The notes: generated by a model from the sequence alone, not told the origin. A stretch of DNA of 64,000 nucleotides from Balanoglossus misakiensis (GCA_040954595.2 CM082580.2:11422909-11486908), one strand, 5' to 3'. Numbered from the stretch's first letter, positions 13,101 to 27,200 are shown. A program made the numbers and translations.

Positions 13101-16100
13101 CCTAAGCTTCATTTTCAGTTGGACAAATTTGAGACGGTCCCTTGAATCCAACATGGGCATTTGTGGGATACCGTGACGTCACCTAAACTTCTGCCTCGGA
13201 CAAAGGACGGTTGCGTCCTTCAGAGTGGTGGGTCCTTCAAAGTGGCCGTGAGAAAGTTTTATCCCAGTAATTTGTAGTTTTTTTTTCTACCGTGAGAAAT
13301 TAAAGTTTTGCATTACCAGTGAGAGGTACTCAATTTTTTGCCCAGGTATATATGCATGTACCGAGACTAGTTCTTTTCCGTATGAAATAAAAATAATATT
13401 TGATGGACCACCAGTTTTTACTTGATGTTCGTTTGCTTTAAAGTTCTACAAGCTTTACTTTTGGGCCATTTTTCAGTATTTCAACGCAATTTCAAAAGCA
13501 ATTTCTTGTTCTACTTCCTGACGCACGATGATATACCCATATGTTAGTGGTGAAAATTTGAATTTTAAGTCCGGACTAGAATTTTTTGTCAACAATAACA
13601 CGGCCCGTTCACACATATATCAGATTCCGGAGATACACTCAAAAGGATATCTGGGTTTTGGTGCCACCACATATGTATAGCTACATTCATGCACCAACAC
13701 GCAGGCACGCAGCCTACACACACAGACGCACATATAATTTCCATTGTACGATGAGCTATACTGTTAATGACGGGGTTCTGCATAGACACCCCTGGACAAT
13801 TCCGAAACCCTAGCCCCATTAAACTAGTGGGTGGAAATGGTCCGATAGGCAAATGTTGGGGGAGGAGGTGACTGTTCAAAAAAACTGTCTCAGTATAATT
13901 GTTACATCTCTCGATTCTGACGTTCTCGCGTTCTTCTTGTTGTTGCGCGCCGATTACAGCGTGAAAATGGCCTGCAGTGTTTGCCTTCGACGGCCGAATT
14001 TGAGAACGACTGCTGATGTCATGCGTTTCAGAAACTGCTTTGTTTTGCGTAAACGCCATCGATCAATTTCACAGTCAATGCGTTTGTACCTTGACCCTAG
14101 GGCAGACCTAACGGATGCTGTTTTGGAAGGTCTGAAAAGGTTCCACACTTCACTTCCTTTTATCACAAAGACGGTCAATTTTAACTCGATGGAAAGCTGA
14201 AAAGAATCTCGTTCTCTTGCTCTCCGAGTTTTAAAATATCTTTAACCCTACAGAGAACCGACGGCTGAAAAAATCAAAATGGGAACGGGGTCGAGATGGC
14301 ACGTAATTCGAATATCTTGTCTAAACCGTAACTCGTATACGTACAATTGAAGTGAAGTCCACAAGTTCTGTGCTGTGGTAAATGATTTGTTAACTAACAT
14401 TTTTTTCGACCAGTAAAGCGGCTGTCCCCCCCCCCCCGCCCCACCCCAGTGACAGCTGGTTTTTTCCACGTGTGTGAAGGACTGTGATTGGGTGGGGGGA
14501 TCTTTGTGTCGCGTAAAATAGCTATGAAGCATTCTCAGCCCAGCCCCTTCTCACGCGCATGTGAAAACTCAATTTAGGGTGAAACGAGACAATGTGTGGA
14601 TCATATCGGGCATGAAGTGATGAAGGGCGTTGAGACAGGCACCGTGACAGGCTGTCCGCGTTTTCATTGCGAACAAAAATCCCCGAGGCAACTTGAAAGC
14701 CGACGAGGAGGCCAGCCACGTGTGTGTATGAAGGGCAAAGATATGCCACGCACAATAGCCTTGATCGACGTCATACACCGAAACATTGGTATACGTGCGG
14801 CTCGCGAGAAAGCCAGTTGATAGTGTATCATTTACACATTGACTTGGGTCATAACTCATTTGATTTAATGTCATTCAAATCCGCCAATCAAGTCCGCCAA
14901 ATTTAAGTTTCTGTCGGCCGCTGAGGTTTGGCATCTCGTCGCGGGGAGAACTCATCGGGCGGCTGTAGCATATGAACTGCAACAGGGAGGGGATTGGGAA
15001 GTTGTGTTGTAGGGAATAGCGCACAGAAGTTTCAGGTAACACCTGCAAAGTGGGGATAAAACGCACAAAACTGATAGACGCATGTAGTTCCTGCGTTATG
15101 CATCGTCACTCGCATCAAGCAAGCAACAGCACGCTTTTAACAGCCAACGATGTGCACGCACACATGAGCGCCTGGGATCTTATACCATGTCTCACAGAAT
15201 CGTTATGACGGCGCGGTTAAAAAAAAACTGGAAGAAAGGCATAACGTGTTGCGGACAATGAGCTTTTCACGGGAACGAGTTTAGCAATGATGATTAAATT
15301 TTTATAGCAAAGGCGAAAGAATCGGGAGAGAGGGGTACCTTTCCTCCATTTGTTTCTACTTTTTGTCAGCAATGGAAGAATAGCCGCGGAACTTGCGCAC
15401 GGCAAACTCGTGCTGGATCAACAGACGTGCATAGAGGGACGTCGCGCCGTGACGGACGTGTCGTGCGAGCTGAAGACGTTTTCACAATAGATCGTTACTG
15501 ACTTCGATTCACATACGAAGCGACGGCACCGCTATAAAAAAGAGTAAGATGTCCTGTCTGTGAAAAGGGGGAGCCTCATTAAAACCCAGGCACTTAGACA
15601 GTTAGAGACCATAAAACCGGAACGGGCCGTATCCCCAAACAAGAGACACGACACACCACGGACCGCCGAGCAACCCCGACAAAATGGGGGTTACGGTTCT
15701 GGCAAACGTGTTGTGTATCCTGTATGCGCCTGCGTTAACTCGTAAATGACACTTTTATATATAGTTGACGGTGAGTAAATAGACGATGAGTGGTTAAAGA
15801 CTAAGAAGGAGAAAGAGTAGAGAGAAGACAGAAACGGGGGATATCGGGGAGGGGGGCTATAGTTATGGGGGACTCAAGGTCATGTGGTGCAATCGCCCCG
15901 TGGGTTCCCATAGTAAAAACCGACACACTGAAACACACAACATCTGTTTTAACCCAAAAAAACATCTTCCTTATTCAACCGAAACACAAGCGCAGGACTG
16001 TTTTACGACAAATGGTATTTCACCACCGCCGGCGTCTATTTTTGTCTAAAAGCGCTGCCCGAAGCAAGATTCCGTTAATTACAAGTTCACAAAACTTTAT

Positions 16101-19100
16101 TAACTAACGGGAGTTCCTGCACCCTGCCCCCACGTGTTTGGGGGGAGGGGTTCCGATGCTGCGTGTATTCTATGGGACTCACACCACACCTGACACGTTT
16201 GTCATAAAGCGTTGTACAGAAACCCTTTAACGCTAATCATTAAAGGTTAAAGAAAGAAGAAAACGAACTTACCGAGATAAGCAATTGCTTCTTTTATCAT
16301 TACGTTGAATTCTAAGACCGACGTTCCTCCAAGATTGTTAAGAACAATTGCCACTTCATCACCTAGAAAAACAATTTAGAGACTCGACAACGATCGAATA
16401 GACGTGCATGCAGGCGAATCGTGTGTTTTAATACACTCTCATAACGGTTCTTGTAAAAAAAATAACAGTACTAAAATTCCATTGCGTTAAACGTCAAATC
16501 ACCAAATGATGAAGACATTGTATGAGGGTTATAGCAAAGTCAAGTTCACCTTTAGCACAACAGATCGCAGGCTATTTAAAGAAAAATACTTTCTCATGAG
16601 ATTATTTTGGAACAAAACCCGAAAAGAAAAGAAAAACGCTAGCACATGTCCATTTTTACCCGACAGATATACGGCCTATACATTACACCTGAATCAACTG
16701 AATTCAGACAGGCCAATAAAACAGGGACCCTTCCCATCAACACATCGATCAGGGGATTTGACGTTTTTATGACTGCGATTCAACCTATGTAGATTGGTTT
16801 ATATGTTTAATCACTTGAACTGGTTTAGTTGAATAGCCGCGGCCACTCTAATATTAGAAGTACACGCATTGCGGCGGCGGCGCTCGCACGAATGGAGCCG
16901 TAAAAAAGTGGTCTGTCGACGTCGGAATCCTTGAACAGCCCGTGTCCCTAAAATCTGTGGCTGTCAAATTAACACACTTGACGCCCTCACCGTTGCGCGG
17001 CATTCCGCAATCGACGAAGATAAATACAGGGAACGCACGGCGTCGAAAAATCGACGTCCAAAATCCATGAGAGCCGACTGCTCACGCAGATCAAAAGGCC
17101 ACGTGCTTTTTTTCCTCTCAATTAAGAAATATAGCTCACCTGGGGCAATTTTGATATGGCTGGCTGTAGTGGAGTCTGTCATGTGATCAATCATGGCGGC
17201 AGTAACGCGTTTTGCAGGTGCCATCTAATATGTGAAACCAAAACGAAAATAAATTACCCCCAAAATGTGACACGGTTACGGGGATTTCGTTTCCAGAAAA
17301 ATGCATAATATCACTGCAGTATGATGAAAACAGATTATTGGAAGATAGAGGCGATGAGAGAGGGGTAATGGCGCTTGGAGTATCGCTTGGCTGCAAATTA
17401 TCACACATGAAAACAGGAAAGCAGGCCCTGGTCGTGATACTACGATTCATTAAATTCAAGCGGCCGTACAAAATAAACATAATCCACTGATGCTTCAGGT
17501 CAAACAACTTTGAAGCTTCAAAAAATCGGATGTACTACAAAACGTTCAAATTCATTTCGAATCTCACAAAATTCGAATCCAGTTAACACGCAGAATGTTT
17601 CACATGCTGCAAGTCCAGATACATGCTAAATGCGCTGAAATGTAATTTACGAAATCCCACATACATATTTTTATATCAGTACACAGTTGACTGTTTACAT
17701 GGGTTCAAAACGAAACCTAAGTTATATTGAACCCACTATGTACCGTGATACGAAACATGACGACGCCCTCACCTTCATTCGTTTGACTCCAGCCTCACCA
17801 TGTACACCTGCCACACAAAAGACAAAAAAAAAAAAAATTGAAGTGTTTTTATTTTGGATAATAATTCTCAGTAACATCCATTCAAACCCGGTACTCCCCC
17901 CCCCTAAAATATGAATGCATGAATCATGTGAATATAAGCTCTTATAAACTCGTCTGTGTCGACGAGGAACCTGTTATGCGCCATCTGTGTTGAACAATAA
18001 AATGCTGATATGTCATACGTCAAATACTAGCATTTGTCAGAATTTCATAATACTCTCGTTGGTGGCGCAATAACACTGGCAAACCAGCTGTAGATCTTTG
18101 GAACCCTATGATGGCCCAAGGTGTCTGACTTATAATGTATTATGACTTACCTAAACCCAGTTCCATTTCGTCAGCAGCAAGACTGAACGACGGCCCAGAT
18201 CCAGGGACATTGCAAGAAGTTAACCCGATACCAATAGTTCCTTAAGACAAAAAGATGGAAGTGAGGAAACAACAACACTGACATTCATATAAACACAAAT
18301 TGGTTGATTCAGTTAGCAAATGTTGAAATATGGTTCATTTCAGACCAAAGTGCCTAGACATAACACAAGACAAAAAGGTATTAAAATAACAACAAGCAAC
18401 ATCAACAGGGCCATAACCAAGTATGTTATCCAACTTTTACAGAAAGACAATGCCACTTAAAAATTTATCTGGAAGACATACAGAAAGTTGGTTATACGAT
18501 AACAACCACCACGCTGATATCTGCACTAACTTACCCATAGAGTTTGCAGCCTCATTGGCAATCTGTACTATTTCTTCCATAGGTCTGCCCTCCTCAGCTA
18601 ATGTGCCAACGATCTAAAATACCACAGGAAAAATACTGATTAAATTTTCAATCAAAATTGTGTGTCCTGATTTCTCAATCACTGTTGGTGGTTTGGCATT
18701 AAACACTGCGTTTACATCAACATAGCAGATGTGTAGCATTGCTTTATCGGCTCTTTGCGTGGTAACTTTTCTCTCACTCTACCTGTTTACTGTTTATTTT
18801 AACAAGTGATGCCTTTATTTGGTTTACCTTGAACACTAGCATGGATCCACAAAGACCCCTACGCCCGGCGGTTTTATCAGTACTTGTGAGGGCGCAGTCC
18901 TCTGCGACCGTTACTGTTTCTACCCTGATGCCTTCAGCACGAGCTCGTTCGGCAGCAATGCCGAAATTCAGCCGATCTCCAGTGTAGTTGATAACAACAA
19001 GGATAACGCCACCTGCAAGAAAAAAAAACAAGAGGTAGCTATTGTGTTGAGTAAAGCTCGCCCCCTTGTGACAGTATCTTCATATCTTTTGTTTTCGATG

Positions 19101-20365
19101 TCTTCAGCACTTGGGCTGTTTTGGTGGCGAGTTTTAGGTTTGCTTCATTTATACACACAATTGCCACGCAGTCCTTGAGATATCCCATGATTCGTTCTGA
19201 TTTATACTGTTGGAGATTCCTTAGTGGAAGTCTGGTATGTCTCCCAAGTGTAGATCAATGTATAGACTGGATTTATATCATGCATCAGGTCAGAGTTCAC
19301 TCCCATGTACAGTACTGTGTACAAACAGGCCTGTGACCACTAGTATGTCAGAAATTTCCTAACAGGTGCCTGTACATTCATATACGTCCAGAACTGTTTC
19401 AGGCCTGTGAATGCAGCCCTGAAAAATAACCAAAGCCTCTGCAGCAGTCCTATTTTTCAAGTTATGTTCCTCATTTACACATTTCAACCTTACCTGGGCC
19501 AGCTGCAGTTTTGATCGCCGCTGAAATATCATTAGGTGGTGGCGAGGAAAACACGGATCCAGCAATAACTCCAGTTAACATGTTCTTCCCAACATAACCT
19601 GTCCATAATAATAAAGAGCATTGTCATGAGTATTGCCATTTCTGAGTTCAGATATTATTGGCTAAATTAGATTATTTTAATCACTTTCACTACTGTTCCT
19701 TTGTGTTCCAGAAGATGAAACTGTCAAAATATGAAAGGAAGAATATAGTTTAAGGAAACTCACCGGCACAAAAGGGTTCATGTCCTGAACCACCACCACT
19801 TAGCACGGACACCTTGCCAGAAGCTTTGTGTTCAGCAAAATCTTCACGCAAAACAACTCGATGACCTGTTTTACCAGGAGTGCAGAAGAAAATAACATAA
19901 ACATTAATTACTATTCTAGTGAGGACCAAAAATAACCGTGGTTGCAACTTCCAGAGATGACTGAAAGATTAAATGTGGTAAAAGTGGTACACTGTATTGT
20001 AAAGCATTAATTAAGAGAACATATTGGTTTGTCACAATAAGAGAGTAGACCAGGGTCACACTTTCTCAATACACGTGCAAAAGACTATTTATTTACACAG
20101 TCTGGGTCTCGACTGGCCGTTAATTACGGGTTCATGACCCCTTCAGGTCACCGCGACCTTTCTAAGTTTCCAACACCATGCATACACACATCATGCAGTA
20201 AAGTGGGCGTATTTGACTTCCCCCAAACCTGACCTGCTACTGTGTACCCCAGTACGTACCCTTGAGTTTTCTGACATGTGGATACGCGGCGACAAGCCCG
20301 TCCAACATATCGTCCACGCATGTTTCCACACTGTTGATGAGTTGCTTCTGTACAACGTCAGCCAT
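7117..20365 (-). CDS. TKFC: Triokinase/FMN cyclase (dihydroxyacetone kinase, Dak1+Dak2 domains), 17 coding exons, ~591 aa
   Basis: Exons: 20365-20260, 19865-19764, 19598-19494, 19012-18828, 18613-18535, 18240-18151, 17807-17773, 17224-17140, 16362-16273, 11671-11555, 10658-10506, 10011-9877, 8407-8304, 8033-7930, 7813-7780, 7636-7544, 7275-7117. All introns are GT-AG with consistent phases (1776 nt total). Family motifs: [99 protein letters not shown]. Confidence 0.96.
8145..8225. repeat. Compound (ATCT)n/(TTCA)n tetranucleotide microsatellite in a TKFC intron
   Basis: Tandem units read directly. Confidence 0.9.
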
Positions 20366-20418
20366 GGTTCGGTTCTTGCTGCTGTTTGTTGGTGGGCGTT
20401 ACCTCACAATCGAGTTTT

Positions 20419-20426
20419 ACTTCCGG
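20419..20426 (-). promoter_or_regulatory. ETS/GABP-type motif (CCGGAAGT) in the putative TKFC proximal promoter
   Basis: Exact CCGGAAGT on the minus strand, ~55 nt upstream of the TKFC ATG in a CpG-rich patch. Function inferred. Confidence 0.4.
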
Positions 20427-21182
20427 GTTACTGGTCCGATCTCGCCGATGTCAAATGTCTCCGAGGTCGGCGTCGTGTAACACTGATTTATCGTCTAATA
20501 TGGGATCAGTGTCTTTACTATTGCCCATAAAGAAAATAACCGGCATCGGCTGGGGTCAGTGGTGATGTAACGTTTATTTACAGCAAAATGAATGTGAATT
20601 TGGTGACGTAGCCCTAGCCTGCACTGCATGCAGGACAGGTCACACAATGTCAAGTTACCACCGGCGTCGAACTATGCAAAATGTTATGGCTATGAGAGGA
20701 ATCTCGGCCCAAAATGCCCTACAAACGTACATGTACCTTAAACTGATCGACGCAAATTTGCGAACGTACTATGAAAAAAAAATCCACCCAGGGCCCTGAC
20801 CCATCCTTGTACTAGTTCCATGCATAGACCGTTTCAAGTTGTAAAAATGCAAGTGAACAAAAGCTCGGTACATATTCTGACTTTACCTTGCAACGCTGTT
20901 GACAAATATGCTGATGACATGGTGTTCTGATCATTGTTTTTTTCATTGCCATGTATTAAAAAAAATCACCGGATTAACCAGTTGTGTTTGTATCAGTAGG
21001 TAAACATTGAGCTGCCGAGTCGAGCTAGACATATGTACGAACAAACAAACGTGCTGCTCAGGTAATCTCGCAAATATCAACGATTTCAATAATTTCATGA
21101 TATGGGGAGATGAAAGAAGAACTAGTAAGGCAAGGCAAGATTGAAAATACCAAGATGGTACGGCGCTAAAAATATAGGGTAA

Positions 21183-21255
21183 AGCCTCAGATGGGGGTCG
21201 AACCCATGATCTTCGGTTTACGAGACCGACGCCTTAGCCACTTGGCCACTGAGGC
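21183..21255 (-). tRNA. tRNA-Thr (anticodon CGT)
   Basis: Reverse complement is GCCTCAG TGGCCAAGTGGCTAAGGCG TCGGT CTCGTAA ACCGA AGATC ATGGG TTCGACC CCCAT CTGAGGC T. Acceptor, anticodon and T stems are perfect, A and B boxes are present, and a T5 Pol III terminator lies ~10 nt downstream. Confidence 0.96.
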
Positions 21256-22132
21256 AGGCGCTTAGTTTGGGAGGTAAACACATACAAGATTAACCGATAC
21301 GGAAACTTTACCACTTCTGGAAGTAAACAAGGTGTGAGCCATTCCTTGTGTGGCATTTAATGATGTACTAAACTGCTAGTATCAACTCTGAACCACGGGA
21401 AAATTGCTTCGAGCTGCTGATGACGCTAAAGCATTTTGTACGCGTTTGCGTGAGTACAGCTTGTGCGCATGCGTGTTTTGCCCCGTGATAATTTACAATT
21501 CAATAACATGGCATGTACTGTAATACTAAATGCTGTAGTCTGCCATGCACAGTGTATTTGTCAACCTAAAGTTGTGGGTACCACTTCTAGCGCTTCGCAA
21601 TAAAATACTAGTAGTTTGTGACACACGAAAAGCACGAGTATTTTTTATCGACGCTAGAATTTTCGCATTGACTTCAGATGTGATGGAAAAAATGTAGAGA
21701 CATGAAAACTTGACTGAACTGACTTTTTTTTAACACAAGAGTGATCCGCGGCCTGGATATAATGGGGGGGGAGCTGAGGTTGAATGGTCGTTTTGGGGGA
21801 GGGTATCCGTTAATAACGCGACTCCTTTTTTTTACCAGTACAGAAAATGTACAGTTGCATGATCAACTAATCTTTAAAGTTCGTTCATTTTTTTATCCAA
21901 CATCTCATTTACTTCAAACTAGTCCAAAGTACGCGTCATAGTATGCATTGTATAAAATTGTCGCTTATTTTGTTGAAATTGCATAAAAACACCCACTTTG
22001 ACTGTCAGTATAGATGGTAGAAACAAGTTTTCTGATATACTGCTATAACAATATAGCCCCCATATTAAAACCACTGTTCGACACTCATACACGCTCCGAA
22101 ATACACACACACGCACGCGCGCGCACATGCAT

Positions 22133-22134
22133 GC

Positions 22135-22171
<37 letters not shown>
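22133..22171. repeat. (CAGA)n microsatellite
   Basis: Tandem CAGA units read directly. Confidence 0.9.
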
Positions 22172-23226
22172 TATCGTGGGGTCGTATGAAATTACAGTAA
22201 ACCATGAGTAAACTTGCTTTAGATAAATTTGGAATTTACTAAGCTTTGCAGCGGAATGAGTTTCTAGTCAGCTGTTGTTGACAGACGATCGAACCGGGAA
22301 ACGTTGTTTGCAGCTTCAGCTAGTCCACTTTCTAAGCCCTTACTTTATATCACATTAATGAAAGACGCGGCGAAGGAGGGATAAATAGAAGAACCGCAGT
22401 CAACGACGAATGAAAATGACTTTTGCGCCCACTTTTTTTATCGACTTGGGGGAAGACAAATAAACAAGCGCATGCGCGGTGTAGTCACAAGAAACTTGTA
22501 AAAAAAATTGTGAAATGACAATTTGCAATAAGCTTGCGTTGAATTTGTAGGTTTTGGTGTTCAGAATTCAGCGGTCGTTCTAACAAAATGAAAAAAAATC
22601 GCCACTGAATGCAACCTACACAAAAGACTTAGCTTCCACCAGCGTTAGTCGACCAAGTATTATTTAAATTATTTAACGCGACGGTGGTAATTTTACTGAA
22701 ATTTATTTGTCTGCTGGATGACGTCACCTACAGAATGTCAAGAAAGTGTGTTCGAATTTCCATTAAATTGGATTTAAATGTTCATTATTATTCACTAATA
22801 AAAGAGGGATGTTTAGGCCTAAACCCAGTCTACTCTATCAAAGCTTCGGGGATCGGGACGACATTTTATTTTCTAATTCGCTGCAGGGGACCGGTTATCA
22901 TAAAACGCCTGTGCGATCAACAGTATAATATCGATTTTCAAGTTTTTGCAAACCGTCAGACGTTCGGGAAGGGATACTTAGCGCGGGTTAATAATTATTC
23001 TATTTCCCCCCAACCCTCTGTGAGCGTGTAACCGATTGTTTAGCAGACACGCGTCCGGTTAGTAAAAAATTGGAGGGCTTGCACCGGTTGGTTTACAGGT
23101 TAGATGTACTACAATAGGCTACGATAAGTAAATTACAGTTTGCACGATAACTGAATTGCCATTACTTGCTCGAAGTTTATACTTGCTTTGTTCCTCGTCG
23201 TGTTTGTTAATTCGTCTGAAGAAGGC

Positions 23227-24238
23227 ATGTACGGCACCTCAGAAAGCCAAAGTCGCGCCGTGTATCCGTATAAACCCACCTGCCAGAACCGTTACTATCC
23301 AGAAGACGGCGACGACAACGAAGAGCAGAACGGCATGAAGTACGTTACCGGCAACTCGTCCGTCATGACCGACTCGTACGTGCCAAGCCCGGACGACTTG
23401 AACGAGAGCACCGTCTACCCGTCGTGCGCCTACTCCCAGCGGGAACCGGCGGCAGCGTCGTACTTCTACCGGGAGACGAACAGCTACACGCCGGCCAGCG
23501 CGGAGGAGTTCGACGGCAGCTTGTACTTCGACCAAGAGACGATGGTCTGCAGCACAAGCGGCGGCGGTGGCGTCGACAAGCGGCAGCGGCGGAGGCGATC
23601 GGTGGTGGCGAATCCGTACGTCATGCAACGACAGGCGGCCAATATACGGGAGAGGAAGCGCATGCTGAACATCAATTCCGGCTTTGAGGAGTTGAGATGT
23701 CACGTTCCAACTTTCCCCTACGAGAAGAGACTTTCTAAGATAGACACTCTGAGACTAGCAATTGCCTACATTGCGTTGCTGAGAGAAGTCCTTCTGTCCG
23801 GTTGCCCACCCATGGTGTACGTTGAGCGATGCATGAAGGCAGGTTTTAAAGATGGGAAGTCTCCAATCTGGAATACAAGCGGTAAGAGATAACTACGTTT
23901 GCATTTTCTTTGGAAGGGCTGGTATTTAAATATTTGAAAGGAAAATTTGAACTTAACATTTGGAAAGTGCACAAATGCGACTGGGAGGCTATCAGTCAAG
24001 GAATGTTTGTCCGAAACGACGTTTTTTGTTACCGCGATCCGAGCCGGCAACTTTACAAACAATCGACCATCGAATATCTCAAGTTGGCATACTATTGCAT
24101 GCATTCAATGCGCATACTGGAAAAATAGTATCTTTTCGACAGAAATCATCTGATCACACATATCTTGATTCTGATCATTTTAACTTGTTTCTCTCGTCAG
24201 ATCTTACTGCAAGACTCTCTTGGATAAAATGGGACTGA
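23227..24238 (+). CDS. Fer2: PTF1/Fer-family bHLH transcription factor, most like Fer2 (48-related 2 / PTF1b); 2 exons
   Basis: Exon 1 23227(ATG)-23881, donor GTAAGA; exon 2 24201-24238 after a polypyrimidine/CAG acceptor, phase 1. The bHLH reads [56 protein letters not shown]. The spliced C-terminus [16 protein letters not shown] is what I recall for the Fer2 subfamily. Confidence 0.88.
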
Positions 24239-27200
24239 AAAATGAAAGGAGAGGGAATTCCCGACAAAGAAGTTTGCAAGACCGTGCGCCGAGATATCAT
24301 CATCAAATACGAGCCTCGGCGCGCAACCGTCGTGCGTAGAAACTTGACAACTCGTCGCGTCCTCGCGTAAATGCTCGTGCATGGCGGACTACGAAGGTAT
24401 CGCCGTAAACGTGGACATTTATCAATCGTCGTCAATGTGTTTTAGTTGGCCATGAATATTGTGTATTATATTTTAAGTCGATATCAAACATGTATTCATA
24501 TGCCTTTCTCTGGTTGGAGAAATTAAAAATGGCAGCAATGCAGAAATTATATAGTTACAATTTCGTTCCTCACTCTATCTTCCCATTTTCCTCTATCTTT
24601 CCCGATTGCGAAGTGATTTCTCGAGGTAGCTATGCTGTATGTCGCTGGTTATGGTGTAAAATCTAGTGAAACCTCGGTGTTCAGACAACTCCCTTTGAAA
24701 CAAATGCTGTGATTCAGAAATGTTGGTGTTAAATGCTGCAGTGGAGATTTTGTACAATATAAGTGATAGAAAAATCACCAGAGATTCACTATCCCCAGAA
24801 CCAAAGGGAACCAGACACAATGATGAAGACACAGGCCTAAACACGAGTCTGTGTGTTTGATATGAGTCCCGTAAATCTAATCAATTCGTGCGTTTTACGG
24901 CAAGGAGTGATTCGCGCATGTTTTTGACACTTTATTTAGATGCAGTTATTTCTGATCTGGGCATAGAAATTACAAACTACAGCTAATCGACAGATGATAT
25001 CGACAACTGACAGATTCTGTCTTTTATTTGTCAATAGGCGGCTCTTCATTCTTTTGTCGCACCCGCCAATTCTAAGCTACTTAATATAAAGAAGTCTTCG
25101 CCCGATCAACCTTGAACATCCAGCGGGGATTGCTTTGGGATATACAGTCAGATGTGATCAAGCACAAAATGTTATAAGTGATATTTCGCTATTCTGAAAG
25201 TCTTTGTTTTCAGGTGTATGTACTTTGACGTGAAATAAAGATGAACAATACCAGTATTACCAACACATTATTTTGAAAATCTCAATTATCAGCTTTGTTA
25301 AACACTGAGTTGAAAAAACGCTAAGACAACCTTGCACTGAACAATTAAGGCGGAGTGTGTATAGAATTTTAGATTTGGGTAAAACATTAGAATATCTGGT
25401 TCCCTAGCCCCAAAGCTCGTATGATTTTGTGCGCTCGCAAGGAATGCCAACATGTTTTTCAGCTTGGTATATATGGATGTATACACGTGTAGATTCTTAG
25501 ATATCGGAAATAAATGCTGATTTTTCTATTTACAAAATTTGTTTGGCATCACGTTGTCACGTGGCTTCGCCACGGTGTTCGGTTTTCGTGCTTTTCTTTT
25601 TGAACACCACATTCCTCTAAAAGGGGAATTGTGGCAAGTTGGCCCAACACCACGCTTCTCTGTGGACAAAGAATATGTGGTTTAAACGCCTTTCTGATGT
25701 TGTTTCCGACGGTGAAATGCGATACAACTGAACATTTTGGCAGTGAAAATGTACGGCATGTGATGCCCGTCAGTGTTCAACACGACGTGTACTTCTCCTG
25801 GGCGAATGTAGCAGTGATGGCGCGGACGTGTGCTATGTGACAAACGCACCGGCTCGAAAACTCGAGGCCACGATCAAAATAAAGGCCGTTTCCGCTCCAC
25901 TTAGTGTTTCTTTTTTTGTTACAACATATAAATTTCTGATTTAAATAGCTAATCAAGCAAACGGTGACTAGTTTCTAGTACTTTGTAACCCTATACACGA
26001 ACGTGGGCTGCTGCCGCATTGGGTTTCATTGTATGGTAACAACGCAACCTATTACAATACTAGTAGTCTCATGCTTCTGTAAAATAATATCTTAAACAAG
26101 AAATTTCAAGTCTCCCCCGCACTATACCAGAGCGAGATTAGCAAACCAACAAGTCAATTTCAGTTTTTAAAGTGAAAAAAAAATCGGAGTAAGTGTTTGG
26201 GATATTATCAGTTTTACGAGTTGAATTGCGATGGCCGTCTTTTGTTTCTTGTCCCCCTTTCATTTCGGTTCAGTTAAATTTCCCGTTGTGTTCTACCCGC
26301 TCACGCACTATTTTCAATAACCTAAACACCACAACCCACTTGGTTTTTCAAAATTAATCCGATCGACTTAAACATCAAGATTAAGGCCAAGGGCGTCCAC
26401 TTTTACATTGGAACACAGGCATAGACGATATCTTTCTTTTAAATCTGTGCAAAATTAATGAGAGACTGGAAAAGTGATCGATAGCTACGTTTTGTTATAT
26501 CATGCATAGTTCTTAATTTGTATTTGCGACCTTTTTTTTCCTTCCCGCGAATATCGCGCGGCGGGCTCTAGAACTCCGATCCTGCGACTGTCATCATCAA
26601 TTTGTATTGAAATCATCGCGGTAGTTTCCTGAATACGACGCTAACGCCGCAAAACACACAGTGTATCGTTTTATTCAACTTTTTGTTTGTTTTTCTGAGG
26701 GTACCCATTTTTCGTGATTTCTTTACTTATCAACATGTGCTTTGCACTCAAATAGCGATTATACAGTCGAGCGACTTCGAAAATAAAAGGCAGGCCATTT
26801 TTCTTATAGCACGATCGTGATGTACATATTAAAGGATTTCTGCCAGGGTGGCGTGACGTCGTTTCAATATGCGTTTCATGATTAAGGCCTCCCACACAGA
26901 TATATCATGCCGAAATTACATTAATACATTCATCCTCGGAAGAAGAAAAATAAGTAAAATTGGGGTAAGTATTAAATTAGGTCGGTGTTGATTATGTATA
27001 TATCGGAGGAAATGCTAACTGCGGATCAGTCAAGGTTTGAGTAAAATGGCGGATGGGTCTGTATGAGAAGTTAATTGCAATTAAGACTGCTTTAAATCAT
27101 ATTCAGCGGCCGTTGAGAGCTATTAAAACTCGACTAAACCATCGTTATTTTGAGGGCACCTGCACATTCAATACGCCACCCATCGTCGCTGTGCGGCACG

